A stretch of DNA of 64,000 bases from the NCBI GenBank assembly GCA_032128375.1, contig JAQBGU010000179.1, forward strand, positions 60,511 to 124,510, in the 5' to 3' direction. A program made the translations under genes and the position numbers. The notes below the pieces were generated by a model. The model had not been told where the DNA came from and did no database searches. It was given only the letters and a program-made list of their open reading frames with translations. This document shows positions 1-9,979 of this stretch, one piece after another. This DNA comes from Deltaproteobacteria bacterium. Lineage in GTDB: Bacteria > Myxococcota_A > UBA9160 > SMWR01. Positions within the stretch are counted from its first letter, which is position 1, and every line of letters begins with the position of its first letter.

Positions 1-507
1 GGGGCTCGCTTTTTCATCCGGGAAGTTCTGCCGCGCATCCGCGAGCGAGAACCCGAATGTGAGTTTTGGGCCGTGGGACACGACCCAAGCGAGAGGCTAC
101 TGGCGCTGAATGGGGTCGCCGGTGTCCGGGTCACCGGGAGTGTGCGAGATGTGCGACCCTTCGTGCGCGAGGCGACGGCATTCGTGTCTCCGCTGCGTTA
201 CGGAACTGGCATGAAGAACAAGATTCTGGCGGCCATGGCCATGCGCCGCCCCGTCGTAGCAACATCCATCAGCCTGGATGGCATCTATGCCGTACCGGAA
301 GAGCACGTGCTGGTCGGGGACTCACCCGAGGAGCTGGCACAGCAGAGCCTGCGCCTGATTCACGATGACAAGCTCGCCGCTCGCCTGTGTGACTCGGCCA
401 AGGCCTGGGTCGAGGAAAATTTCTCGTGGTCGGAGCGGGCTGAGTCCCTGGAGCTCGAGCTCGCAAAGCTCTGTGTGTCGCCCTCCGCGTCGCCCTCCGC
501 GAAATAG
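1..507 (+). CDS. GT4 glycosyltransferase, C-terminal part (5' end outside window)
   Basis: Frame is open from base 1 (GARFFIREVLP...). VTGSVRDVRPF / PLRYGTGMKNKILAAMA motifs are typical of PEP-CTERM-locus sugar transferases. Confidence 0.85.
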   Translation, partial: GARFFIREVLPRIREREPECEFWAVGHDPSERLLALNGVAGVRVTGSVRDVRPFVREATAFVSPLRYGTGMKNKILAAMAMRRPVVATSISLDGIYAVPEEHVLVGDSPEELAQQSLRLIHDDKLAARLCDSAKAWVEENFSWSERAESLELELAKLCVSPSASPSAK

Positions 508-568
508 TCGCGCTGCGGCAGATGACGGAACCCAGACGACGGTCCGACTGTCAGCGTACCGCGTACAT

Positions 569-3500
569 CTAGTCCCCCAGACGCTCTACGCGCACTGCGT
601 CGGCAATCACGTAGCTTCCGGCCGGAGCGGCCTGGTCACTCAATCGCACTAGCAGGGTATCACCAGCAAGTTGATACACGCCGACGTCCTGCCACGACAC
701 TCCGTCCTCGACGAAATCAGAGGGTGCAACGCGCTGGTCAACGGCCACTGTTCCCAACTCGGTGGATCCATCCAAAACCGTATAGGGCGCGTTGTTTGCC
801 CGGTTGCTGTAGGGCTCCCATGTCACGGACACGATGTACTGACCGGGTAGCAGTCCGCTCAGCGTCCACGTGGCGGTTTGCGTCCCGCTGCCAACCGCCT
901 TGTAGCTGAAATCTCCTTGTGCGCCGACTCCGTTGTATGTGTTCCAGCTACCGACTGCGCTGTAACCCGGATCGCCATCATCGATGGTCCAGGTCGGGAG
1001 CAGCTCCTGGAAAACGGATCCGGACACGCCGAAATCGAAGGGGTTCTCGTTTGCGTCGTTAGAGTCGAAACTAACGACGCCGGCATGACTGCCCTCGAAC
1101 ACCGCATCGAGCTGCACGACGAAGTTCGTCGTCTGGCCAGGAGCCAGCAGCGTCGTGCCGAAGCCAGTGACGAGGCTGTACCCGCTGGGTAGCGCAATAG
1201 TGCCCAAGCTGAGATCCAATGTGCCCACATTCCCGACCGAAATCGTCTGTGTCAGCGGAGCGCCCACGACTGTGCTGCCGAAGTCGACAGAACCCGAACC
1301 GTCGGACAACCCTGCTCCAGCCACGAGCACCTGGATCTCTGGCGCCAACGGCACCTCCCCGAGGCTCTCGACGCGCACACCATCTGCAATGACGTAGCTG
1401 CCCGACGGGCTGGCATTGTCGCTCAGACGAACCACCAGCGTGTCACCCGTGAGCTGATAGATGCCGACGTCCTGCCACGACACTCCGTCCTCGACGAAGT
1501 CAGCAGGTGCCGCGCGTTGATCAACGAGCACGGTCGCCAACTCGGTCGATCCATCCAAGACCGTATAGGGCGCGCTATCGGCACGGTTGGTGTATGGCTG
1601 CCATGTCACGGACACCACGTAGTCGCCCGGTACCAGTCCGCTCAACGTCCATGTGGCGGTTTGCGTCCCGGCGCCGACGATCTTGTAGCGGAAGTCTCCT
1701 TGTGCCCCGACTCCGTTGTAGGTGCTCCAGCTGCCACTGGCGCTGTAGCCCGCATCGCCATCGTCCAGGGTCCAGATCGGGGTCGGCTGCGCCGCGACGG
1801 ACCCGGACACATTGAAATCGAAGGGATTCTCGTCTGCATCATCGGAGTCGAAGCTGATTGCGCCCGCATGCGTGCCCTCGAACACCGCATCGAGTTGCAC
1901 GGCGAACGTCGTCGTCTGGCCGGGAGTGAGCAGCGACGTTCCGAAGTTCGCGACGAGACTGAACCCGCTCGGCACTGTGATCGTGCCCAGGCTGAGATCC
2001 AATGTGCCCACATTGGCGACTGTGATCGTCTGTGCCAAGGGTGCGCCCACCAGCGTGCTGCCGAAGGCGACGAAGCCCGTTTCGTCGGTGACGTCAGTTC
2101 CCGATACTGAAACCTGGATCTCCGGCGCAGGCGGCGTCGGCGCCGTGATGCTTCCTGACACAGCGAAGTCGAACGGGTTCTCGTCTGCGTCGTTGGAGTC
2201 GAAGCTGATTGCGCCGGCATGCGTGCCCACCGACACCGCGTCGAGCTGCACGACGAACGTCGTATTCGCACCGGGAGCCAGCAGTGTCGTTCCGAAGCCC
2301 GTGACCAGGCTGAACCCAGCGGGTAACGCGATCGCGCCCAATGCGAGATCCAGCGTCCCCGCATTGGCGACCGTGAATGTTCGCGTCAGCGGTGAACCCA
2401 CCACTGTGCTGCCGAAGTTCACCGAACCGGTTCCATCCGCCACGTTGGCCCCGGCCACCTGTACCTGGACCTCCGGCGCCAGGACCAGGCCTCCGATGCG
2501 CTCCGCGCGTATGGCATCGGCGATCACGTAACTGCCCGGCGGGCCGGCAGCGTTGCTCAGTCGCACGACCAAGGTGTCACCTGCGAGTTGATAGACGCCG
2601 ACGTCTTGCCACGCCACGCCATCCTCGACGAAGTCAGCGGGTGCTGTGCGTTGGTCGACGGTCAGCGTCCCCAATTCGGTGGCCCCATCCAGGATTGTGT
2701 AGGGCGCGTCACTCGCTCGGTTGCTGTAGGACTCCCATGTCACCGACACGATGTACTGTCCCGATACCAGTCCGCTCAGTGTCCATGTGGCAGTCTGCGT
2801 TCCGGTGCCGACGGCCCGATAGCTGAAGTCACCCTTTGCCCCGACTCCAGTGTATGTGCTCCAGCTGCCACTCGTGCCGTAACCGACATCGCCATCGTCC
2901 AGAGTCCAGATGGGGGTCGGCTGCGCCGCGACGGATCCGGACACAGCGAAATCGAAGGGATTCTCGTCCGCATCATCGGAGTCGAAGCTGATTGCGCCCG
3001 CATGCGTGCCCTCGAACACCGCATCGAGTTGCACGACAAAGGTCGTCGTCTGACCGGGAGTGAGCAGCGTCGTTCCGAAGTCCGCGACGAGGCTGAACCC
3101 GCTCGGCACTGTGATCGTGCCCAGGCTGAGATCCAATGTGCCCACATTGGCGACTGTGATCGTCTGTGCCAGGGGTGCGCCCACCAGCGTGCTGCCGAAG
3201 GCGACGAAGCCCGTTCCGTCGGTCAGGTCATTTACCGATACTGAAACCTGGAGCTCCGGCGCGGGCGGCGTCGGCGCCGTGATGGTTCCGGACGCAGCGA
3301 AGTCGAAGGGATTCTCGTCTGCGTCGTTGGAGTCGAAGCTGATTGCGCCGGCCTGCGTGCCCTCCGACACCGCATCGAGTTGAACGACGAACGTCGTATT
3401 CGAGCCGGGAGCCAGCAGTGTTGTTCCGAAGCCCGCAAACAGGCTGAAACCGCTGGGCAGCGTGATGCTTCCCAATGCGAGATCCAGCGTCCCCGCATTG

Positions 3501-6500
3501 GCGACCGTGAACGTTCGCGTCAGCGGTGAACCCACCACTGTGCTGCCGAAGTCCACCGAACCGGTTCCATCCGCCACGTTGGCCCCGGCCACCTGTACCT
3601 GGACCTCCGGCGCCAGGACCAGGCCTCCGATGCGCTCCGCGCGTATGGCATCGGCAATGACGTAACTACCCGGCGGACCGGCAGCGTCGCTCAGTCGCAC
3701 GACCACGGTGTCACCCGTGATCTGATGAACACCGATGTCCTGCCAGAAAACCCCATTCTCGACGAAATCAGCGGGTGCCACACGCTGATCAACATTCGCA
3801 GTTCCCAGCTCAGTGGAACCATCGAATATGGTGTAGGGCGCAGTGTCGGGTCGATTGCTGTAGGGCTCCCATGTTGCCGACACCACGTATAGCCCAGGTA
3901 CCAGTCCACTCAGTGTCCATGTGGCGGTTTCCGCCCCGCTTCCGATCTGCTTGTAGCTGAAGTCTCCTTGTGCTCCGACTCCCGAATATGTGCTCCAGCC
4001 GCTCGTCGCGCTGTAGCCCAAGTCACCGTCGTCGACAGTCCAGGTAGGGGACGGCGCCGCCAGGACTGTTCCGGACACTGCGAAGTCGAACGGGTTCTCG
4101 TCCGCGTCGTTGGAGTTGAAGCTGATCACACCCGCATGGGTACCCTCGACAAGTGCGTCGAGCTGTATCACAAAGCTCGTGTTCTGACCCGGAGCCAGCA
4201 GTGTCGTACCAAAGTCCGCCACCAGACTGAACCCGCTCGGCAGTGTGATCGCGCCCAGAGTGAGATCCAACGTGCCTGTATTCGCGACCGTAAGGGTCTG
4301 CGTCACCGGCGCACCTACCTGGGTGCTGCCCAAGTCCACAAATCCCGTTCCGTCGGCCACGTCGGACCCAGCCAACAGCACCTGTATCTCGGGCGCGGGT
4401 GGTGTCGGCGCCGTGACGGTCCCGGACACTGCGAAGTCGAACGGGTTCTCGTCCGCGTCGTTGGAGTCGAAGCTGATCACGCCGGCATGCGCGCCCTCCA
4501 ACACCGCATCGAGTTGCACGACAAACGTCGTGGTCGCACCAGGAGCCAGCAGTGTCGCTCCGAAGCCCGTGACCAGGCTGAAACCACCCGGCAGCGCGAT
4601 CGTGCCCAACGTGAGATTCAACGAGCCCAAATTGGCCACCGAGAACGTCTGCGTCAGCGGCGAACCCGCCGCAGTGCTGCCGAAGGCCACCGAACCGGTT
4701 CCATCAGCCACGTCAGCACCAGCCACTTGTACGCGGACCTCGGGGGCCGAGACCAAGTCGCCGATGCGTTCCATGCGCACCGCATCGGCAACCGCGTAGC
4801 TGCCCGCCGGGCTGCCAGCGTCGCTCAGGCGCACCGACAGCGTGTCACCCGCGAGCTGATACGTGCCCACGTCCTGCCACGTCACGCCACTTTCGACGAA
4901 GTCGGCAGGGGCAACACGCTGATCGAATACGACTGTCCCCAACTCCGACGACCCAGCCAACACCGTGTAGGGTGCGCTATCGGTTCGGTTGCTGTAGGGC
5001 TGCCATGTTACCGAGACCCGGTATTCGCCGGGTACCAACCCGCCGCGTGTCCACGTAGCGGCTTCGCTCCCGCTACCCACCGGCTTGTAGCTGAAGTCTC
5101 CTTGCGCCCCTGACCCGACGTAGCTGCTCCAGCTACCTGTCGCGCTGTAACCGCTGTCACCGTCGTCAACGATCCAGGAAGTGGGACTTGGCAACACCCG
5201 GAAGATCACATGGAAGCGATCGTCGAGTGGCTCGCCGGCGATTTCGTCGCGGTCCTGGTCCATGGCGCGACCCAGATTGTCTTCGATGTCTGGGCCCACG
5301 TGCAGACTGTACGTACCGGCAGTCGCTTGCAGAGGGAACAGCACTTCGAACTGGACGTCCGTGATCGCGTTGACGGCGGTTGGGATGATGAGACCCGAAG
5401 GTCCGGCCAGCAGGACATCGTCTGTTGCGAATGTTTGTGCCGACATGGGACTGTCGAAAGTGAGATAGACCTGGCCGATCGGCGCCTCGACGTGGCCGAT
5501 GGGATCCGCCATCACGATCCGCGGGCCTGCGACGCTCGGCGTATTCACGGCCGCGTAGGCGTCTAGCATACCGCCGGTGCTCACCTTGTTCGCGAGACCG
5601 GAAAGCGGTGTGACGGTCGACAGGACTTGGTTGACGAGCCACGCGGGCGATTGGTCTGGGTACAGACCCGCCAACAGCGATACGGTCCCAGCGACATGTG
5701 GCGTCGCCATGGAAGTACCACTCCAGAGGACGTAGTTCCCACCCAGGCCCGTACTCAGGATACTGGCCCCCGGACCAGCGAGGTCGACTGAGGTCAGACC
5801 GAAGTTCGAGAAGGCTGACAGGCTCCCATCCGGATCCACCGATGCGACACTGATGAGATTCGGCAGATCGGAATAGGCTGCCGGATAGTAGGCGTCGGAC
5901 GGGTCGTCAATATCGTTGGAATGATTGCCGGCAGCCGCCACGACGACCACACCATTGTCTCCGGCCCACTGGATGGATTCCTTCAGCGCCGGACTATCCG
6001 CGAATGTTCCCCAGCTCGCATTGATGACGTTCGCGCCCAGCAATACGGCGTGTTCGATCGCCTGGATCGCGTCCGAGACCGTCCCACCCCCACCGTCGGC
6101 GTCGTGAAAACGCTCGGGAAGGATCTGGGTTCGCCAGTCCACACCCGCAACTCCGACCCCATTGTCGCCTCGGGCGGCAATGATCCCGGTCACGTGCGTG
6201 CCGTGACCCTGGGTATCCATGGAATCGTTGGCGTCGATGATATGGTCCCAGCCGGTGAGGTCGTCCAGGTATGCATTGCTATCGCCGTCGATCGCGTCCA
6301 TCCAGCTCGGAACACGCAGATCGTCTGCGTCGATGTATCCGTTTCCATTCTGATCGGCTACCAGGGTCTGATTGAACTTTTCGCCCTGGCCATCGAGAGT
6401 GATGTCGCCGTTCGCATCGAGCGAGTTGAGATCGTAGAAGTCGATCAATCCGTTCGAATTGGTATCGACGAGTTGGCCCAGCAACGATGTCGGAATCTCG

Positions 6501-7411
6501 CCATTGTTGATGGCGATGGCCAGGTACAAATCCGGATGGGTGTAGTCAGTGCCGGTATCCATCACCGCGACGAGCGTCTTGGCGCTGCCGGTTGTTTGAT
6601 CCCAAGCGAGCGATGCAGCGATGTCCACGCCCGTCGGGTTTTCGAGTCCCCACTGGGAATCGAACAACGGATCGTTGGGCCCATACGCGTCGAGCCGCAG
6701 GGAGTGATCGGCTTCGGCACGTCGGATCTCGGGAAGTGCCGTTAGTGCGCCCAACACCTGGTCCAACTCAGCTCGGTCCCCGCCGCCGCGCGAGAGCTCC
6801 ACGCGACCGAGACGCCCCCCGAGCCAGGTCTTCGATATTCGGGCTCCGATCGAATCCATGACTGCCAACGAGGCGGCTGAGAGTGGAATCGGAACCTGGC
6901 CCTCATACCCATCTGTCTCGAATCGCACGATGACCCGGTCGACCCGCATGTGTACGGTTCGCCCGCGAATCTGTTCCGCCCTGAATTTGGGATCCGTGGG
7001 CCCAGCTTCAGCGCGTCGCGGATTGATCGAGGCCTGGACCTCGACCTCGGAGATGGATTCACTCACGCCATCGGAAACGATGACTCGAATAACGTAGGTG
7101 CCGGCGACGTTGGGTGTGAAATTGGCGGTCGTGATGTCCGCATGCTCATCGCCGTTGGGCGAGAAACTGGCGTTTCCCGACGGCGGGCCGGCGACCTGGA
7201 CCCACCGATAGGTCAACGGATTGGGGATCGGAATTGCGGAGCGAGCGACAACCTGTAGTGTCGTTTGTCGCGCGGGAAGAGTGAGCTCCGCATCGTGGGC
7301 CCACGCCCCCACCTCGATGATCGGAAGCTCGACGGCGGCGGAAGGGTCGGCGCTTACGACGGGCGACAGCAAGAGCAAGTGCAAGAGGAATATGGGGAAT
7401 CGCTCGCGCAT
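569..7411 (-). CDS. Large secreted S8 (subtilisin-like) serine peptidase with PKD-like, Ig-like, 5 golvesin-like and 7 choice-of-anchor-D/ASH-like domains
   Basis: Signal peptide; catalytic motifs VAVMDTG, HGTHVTG, AAAGN, SGTSMATPHV; repeated W.vDDGD.GYs...ADA.R.E modules and PE..V...G..DFG...I.FDSND.DENPF.F.VSG modules. Confidence 0.9.
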   Translation of the reverse strand: MRERFPIFLLHLLLLSPVVSADPSAAVELPIIEVGAWAHDAELTLPARQTTLQVVARSAIPIPNPLTYRWVQVAGPPSGNASFSPNGDEHADITTANFTPNVAGTYVIRVIVSDGVSESISEVEVQASINPRRAEAGPTDPKFRAEQIRGRTVHMRVDRVIVRFETDGYEGQVPIPLSAASLAVMDSIGARISKTWLGGRLGRVELSRGGGDRAELDQVLGALTALPEIRRAEADHSLRLDAYGPNDPLFDSQWGLENPTGVDIAASLAWDQTTGSAKTLVAVMDTGTDYTHPDLYLAIAINNGEIPTSLLGQLVDTNSNGLIDFYDLNSLDANGDITLDGQGEKFNQTLVADQNGNGYIDADDLRVPSWMDAIDGDSNAYLDDLTGWDHIIDANDSMDTQGHGTHVTGIIAARGDNGVGVAGVDWRTQILPERFHDADGGGGTVSDAIQAIEHAVLLGANVINASWGTFADSPALKESIQWAGDNGVVVVAAAGNHSNDIDDPSDAYYPAAYSDLPNLISVASVDPDGSLSAFSNFGLTSVDLAGPGASILSTGLGGNYVLWSGTSMATPHVAGTVSLLAGLYPDQSPAWLVNQVLSTVTPLSGLANKVSTGGMLDAYAAVNTPSVAGPRIVMADPIGHVEAPIGQVYLTFDSPMSAQTFATDDVLLAGPSGLIIPTAVNAITDVQFEVLFPLQATAGTYSLHVGPDIEDNLGRAMDQDRDEIAGEPLDDRFHVIFRVLPSPTSWIVDDGDSGYSATGSWSSYVGSGAQGDFSYKPVGSGSEAATWTRGGLVPGEYRVSVTWQPYSNRTDSAPYTVLAGSSELGTVVFDQRVAPADFVESGVTWQDVGTYQLAGDTLSVRLSDAGSPAGSYAVADAVRMERIGDLVSAPEVRVQVAGADVADGTGSVAFGSTAAGSPLTQTFSVANLGSLNLTLGTIALPGGFSLVTGFGATLLAPGATTTFVVQLDAVLEGAHAGVISFDSNDADENPFDFAVSGTVTAPTPPAPEIQVLLAGSDVADGTGFVDLGSTQVGAPVTQTLTVANTGTLDLTLGAITLPSGFSLVADFGTTLLAPGQNTSFVIQLDALVEGTHAGVISFNSNDADENPFDFAVSGTVLAAPSPTWTVDDGDLGYSATSGWSTYSGVGAQGDFSYKQIGSGAETATWTLSGLVPGLYVVSATWEPYSNRPDTAPYTIFDGSTELGTANVDQRVAPADFVENGVFWQDIGVHQITGDTVVVRLSDAAGPPGSYVIADAIRAERIGGLVLAPEVQVQVAGANVADGTGSVDFGSTVVGSPLTRTFTVANAGTLDLALGSITLPSGFSLFAGFGTTLLAPGSNTTFVVQLDAVSEGTQAGAISFDSNDADENPFDFAASGTITAPTPPAPELQVSVSVNDLTDGTGFVAFGSTLVGAPLAQTITVANVGTLDLSLGTITVPSGFSLVADFGTTLLTPGQTTTFVVQLDAVFEGTHAGAISFDSDDADENPFDFAVSGSVAAQPTPIWTLDDGDVGYGTSGSWSTYTGVGAKGDFSYRAVGTGTQTATWTLSGLVSGQYIVSVTWESYSNRASDAPYTILDGATELGTLTVDQRTAPADFVEDGVAWQDVGVYQLAGDTLVVRLSNAAGPPGSYVIADAIRAERIGGLVLAPEVQVQVAGANVADGTGSVNFGSTVVGSPLTRTFTVANAGTLDLALGAIALPAGFSLVTGFGTTLLAPGANTTFVVQLDAVSVGTHAGAISFDSNDADENPFDFAVSGSITAPTPPAPEIQVSVSGTDVTDETGFVAFGSTLVGAPLAQTITVANVGTLDLSLGTITVPSGFSLVANFGTSLLTPGQTTTFAVQLDAVFEGTHAGAISFDSDDADENPFDFNVSGSVAAQPTPIWTLDDGDAGYSASGSWSTYNGVGAQGDFRYKIVGAGTQTATWTLSGLVPGDYVVSVTWQPYTNRADSAPYTVLDGSTELATVLVDQRAAPADFVEDGVSWQDVGIYQLTGDTLVVRLSDNASPSGSYVIADGVRVESLGEVPLAPEIQVLVAGAGLSDGSGSVDFGSTVVGAPLTQTISVGNVGTLDLSLGTIALPSGYSLVTGFGTTLLAPGQTTNFVVQLDAVFEGSHAGVVSFDSNDANENPFDFGVSGSVFQELLPTWTIDDGDPGYSAVGSWNTYNGVGAQGDFSYKAVGSGTQTATWTLSGLLPGQYIVSVTWEPYSNRANNAPYTVLDGSTELGTVAVDQRVAPSDFVEDGVSWQDVGVYQLAGDTLLVRLSDQAAPAGSYVIADAVRVERLGD
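572..5180 (-). repeat. Intragenic tandem domain repeats, period 1134 bp (378 aa)
   Basis: Near-identical DNA blocks, e.g. at 2461 and 3595 (gtacctggacctccggcgccaggaccaggcctccgatgcg). Confidence 0.9.
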
Positions 7412-7461
7412 CAATCCAAACTCGAAGCTGGCAGCGGCTCACATGGCGTGAAACGCACCCG

Positions 7462-7490
7462 ATCCTGACAGGAGGCGACACCGCTGTCAA
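7462..7490 (-). promoter_or_regulatory. Candidate sigma70 promoter of the S8 gene, overlapped by TGACAG-N12-CTGTCA inverted repeat
   Basis: Minus strand reads TTGACA-N17-CAGGAT about 50 nt upstream of the start; inverted repeat at 7466-7489. Confidence 0.35.
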
Positions 7491-8344
7491 TCAAATACGG
7501 GTCCCGAATCAAAGTCATCCTTGGCTGGACCCAAACATCGATCGCAAGATTCGTCTCGAGAAGTTGCGGCCCCAGCGGTCGGATCGGAGAATGCAAAGTA
7601 TTCTCAAGATCTCACGACGATGACGATATAGTTGCCTATCCGATTCAGTCCGGAGGCGCGCCGGTTCGCGTAGAGGATCAGCCACTCCGTCGGCGCTCGC
7701 CGAGCGGCCCGGATCGATTCCGACGCATGTGCCTGAACGGGTTCTCGAGCAATGGGGTTGTCGGTTGGCAATTCGCAGGTAGCGGCCGGCGGTCGCGGCT
7801 GGAAGACCTCGACTCGGGCGAGCCACGATGTCCCGAACGGAATCGCGCACACGCCTGCAAGTCCCCGGCATAAGCTTGCGGAATCCGCCCGCATTTCGTG
7901 TCGCCCCAGCAAGCTAGCTATAGCTAGTATTCGCCATTCTCATCATCCTACCGTATGTGGTTGAATCCAAGGGAAAATCGCGAAATTTTTTGCGCACCGC
8001 GTCCCTGCTTCCGCGCAGCAAGCGGGCATTGCCAAATCGGGTCTCTGCGTGGAGATGGCTGCGAGTGCGGTTCGGACGCTTGCCTCGCCGCCGCGGGATC
8101 GGGGCCGCGCCGGCGGATCACCCGTGTTGGCAGCTTGGCCCAAGGTCCGAATCGGTGAGCCAATCTTCTCGCCGTACACTGTAGCGTTTCGCATGTTCGC
8201 ATGCTGAGTCGGACTGAAGTCGTCGTCTGCGAGGCTCTCGCGTCCGCCTCGACCATTGGCTTCGACTTGGCTTACGGGTTTACCGGGCTGAACTCGGCGG
8301 CTTCGGTCAATACCTCGTCTGGGCTTCGGCGCCGTAGCGCCTGT

Positions 8345-8550
8345 TACAAGCAGCGGGGCTCAGTCGTTCATTGCGCACGCCTGGACGAACGGTGTAGATA
8401 TTCTCGCGATGGATCCAGTGAGCGGAACGACGACGGCTGGAGCTGGTGAGGACCCCGTACAATGACCTCGCGAACCTTCGGTGGCTCGGAGCGGTGCGGG
8501 GCGTTACGCCGCTGTTCGCATCTTCAAACGCCAGCCTGTGGTGCTGCGTG
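8345..8550 (+). pseudogene. Frameshifted fragment paralogous to the second domain of the 9980-11707 lyase-like gene
   Basis: QSFIAHAWTNGVDILAMDPVSG vs QSFIAHVWTDGADTLAIDPASG, then after a frameshift YNDLANLRWLGAVRGVTPLFASS vs YNDFDNLRWLGVRQGATPVFASS. Confidence 0.85.
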
Positions 8551-8687
8551 GTGCTGCGTGGTACTGCCGGATACAGTGGGAGCTCGTGTCAAGACCATCT
8601 CATCGCGATCGGACCCCGAAAGGCGGAAGCGATGGGAACCGCTGGCCTGCGTAGGCCGCATGCAGCAAGTGGAATTTCGGCGCTGAG

Positions 8688-9926
8688 ATGGCCAAGATCT
8701 TATGGCTTTCACATCTGCTCCCTTATCCGCCCAAGGGCGGAGCGCTCCAACGCAGCTTTCATCTGCTTCGTGGAGCGGCAGAGTTCGGCGATGTAGATAT
8801 CGTGAGCTTTCGTCAAGCCGCACTGCATCCGGATGCTCACGCAGTCTCAGCTGCCACGGAGGCGCTCTCGGAGTATGCCACCGTGAGAGCTGTGTTCGAT
8901 CTTCCGACCGATCGAAACGTGCTTCTCAAGGGGTGGCTGCTGTTTTCGAGCACTCTGACCCGGACTCCATTCACCGTTCGGTGGAACACCCAGCGCGAGC
9001 TGGGGTCGTTTCTCGAAGCCAACGGGGCTGACTACGACCTCGTGCACTTCGATACGATTGGGATGTTCCAGTATCGACGGTTCTTTCCGAACGCTACTTG
9101 GGTCCTGAATCACCACAACATCGAGTCCGACATGATGGCGCGTAGAGCACGGCGCTCCGGACTTACGTTGCGGCCCTACTTGAAATGGGAAGCGCATCGC
9201 CTGCTTGCTTGGGAGCGCCACTTTGGGTCAGAAGCTGACGCCCATCTGGTCGTGTCTGAACTGGACAGGGATCGGCTTCTTGCCATCATTCCAACGGCCC
9301 GCGTTGCCGTAGTCGAGAACCCAACCGACTGCGAGTATTTCACGCCGTCAGAGTTCTCACGGACGGAGGGCTCAGTCACTTTCGTTGGGCGCATCGACGC
9401 GTATGCGAACGCTGAAGCGGTTCGCTGGATTCGGGACGAGATCTGGCCGCTCATCCGGCGAGGAGGCGAGCGCTGCACGTTGTCGATCGTCGGCCGCAGT
9501 CCTCCGCGAGACATCCAACAGTGGGGTCACGGAGACCCGGATATCGAGGTCACAGGCTTTGTCGATGATGTGCGGCCCTGGATGAACCGCGCGCAAGTGT
9601 ACCTATGTCCGATCCGAGATGGTGGGGGTACGCGTCTCAAGGTCCTAGATGCGATGGCCATGCAACTTGCACTCGTGTGTCATCCGATGGCGTGCGAGGG
9701 AATCGATGTTCGGCATGAAGAGCATTTACTGCTGGCTGAAACCGCAGAGGACTCCGCTAGAGCCTGCCTGCGGTTGCTCCATGACCCCGATCTTCGAGAA
9801 AGGCTCGGGCGTCGCGCACGAGAACTCGTCGAAGAGCGATATTCTCTTCCGATCGTTTGGTCGAACCAGGCTCGGGCGTACGCCCAGGCACTCTCGATCG
9901 GTAGTGGCAGCCGCGCTTCTCGATAG
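8688..9926 (+). CDS. GT4 glycosyltransferase (PEP-CTERM EPS-locus type)
   Basis: KILWLSHLLPYPPKGG N-terminus, HNIES, PIRDGGGTRLKVLDAMA. Confidence 0.9.
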   Translation: MAKILWLSHLLPYPPKGGALQRSFHLLRGAAEFGDVDIVSFRQAALHPDAHAVSAATEALSEYATVRAVFDLPTDRNVLLKGWLLFSSTLTRTPFTVRWNTQRELGSFLEANGADYDLVHFDTIGMFQYRRFFPNATWVLNHHNIESDMMARRARRSGLTLRPYLKWEAHRLLAWERHFGSEADAHLVVSELDRDRLLAIIPTARVAVVENPTDCEYFTPSEFSRTEGSVTFVGRIDAYANAEAVRWIRDEIWPLIRRGGERCTLSIVGRSPPRDIQQWGHGDPDIEVTGFVDDVRPWMNRAQVYLCPIRDGGGTRLKVLDAMAMQLALVCHPMACEGIDVRHEEHLLLAETAEDSARACLRLLHDPDLRERLGRRARELVEERYSLPIVWSNQARAYAQALSIGSGSRASR

Positions 9927-9979
9927 ACGAGGCTGCTTGAAAAGCCAGCGAATTTTCGCGACTGGGTCACTCGTCGAGA

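Noticed and set aside
724..7258. Many long + strand and alternative-frame ORFs over the S8 gene
   Set aside because: Shadow ORFs of a GC-rich repetitive gene with no recognisable motifs.
7866..7880. Sigma54 promoter (CGGCATAAGCTTGC); also TGGCGCTACCCTAGC near 57681
   Set aside because: GG-GC spacing is one base short in the first; the second lacks TTGC.
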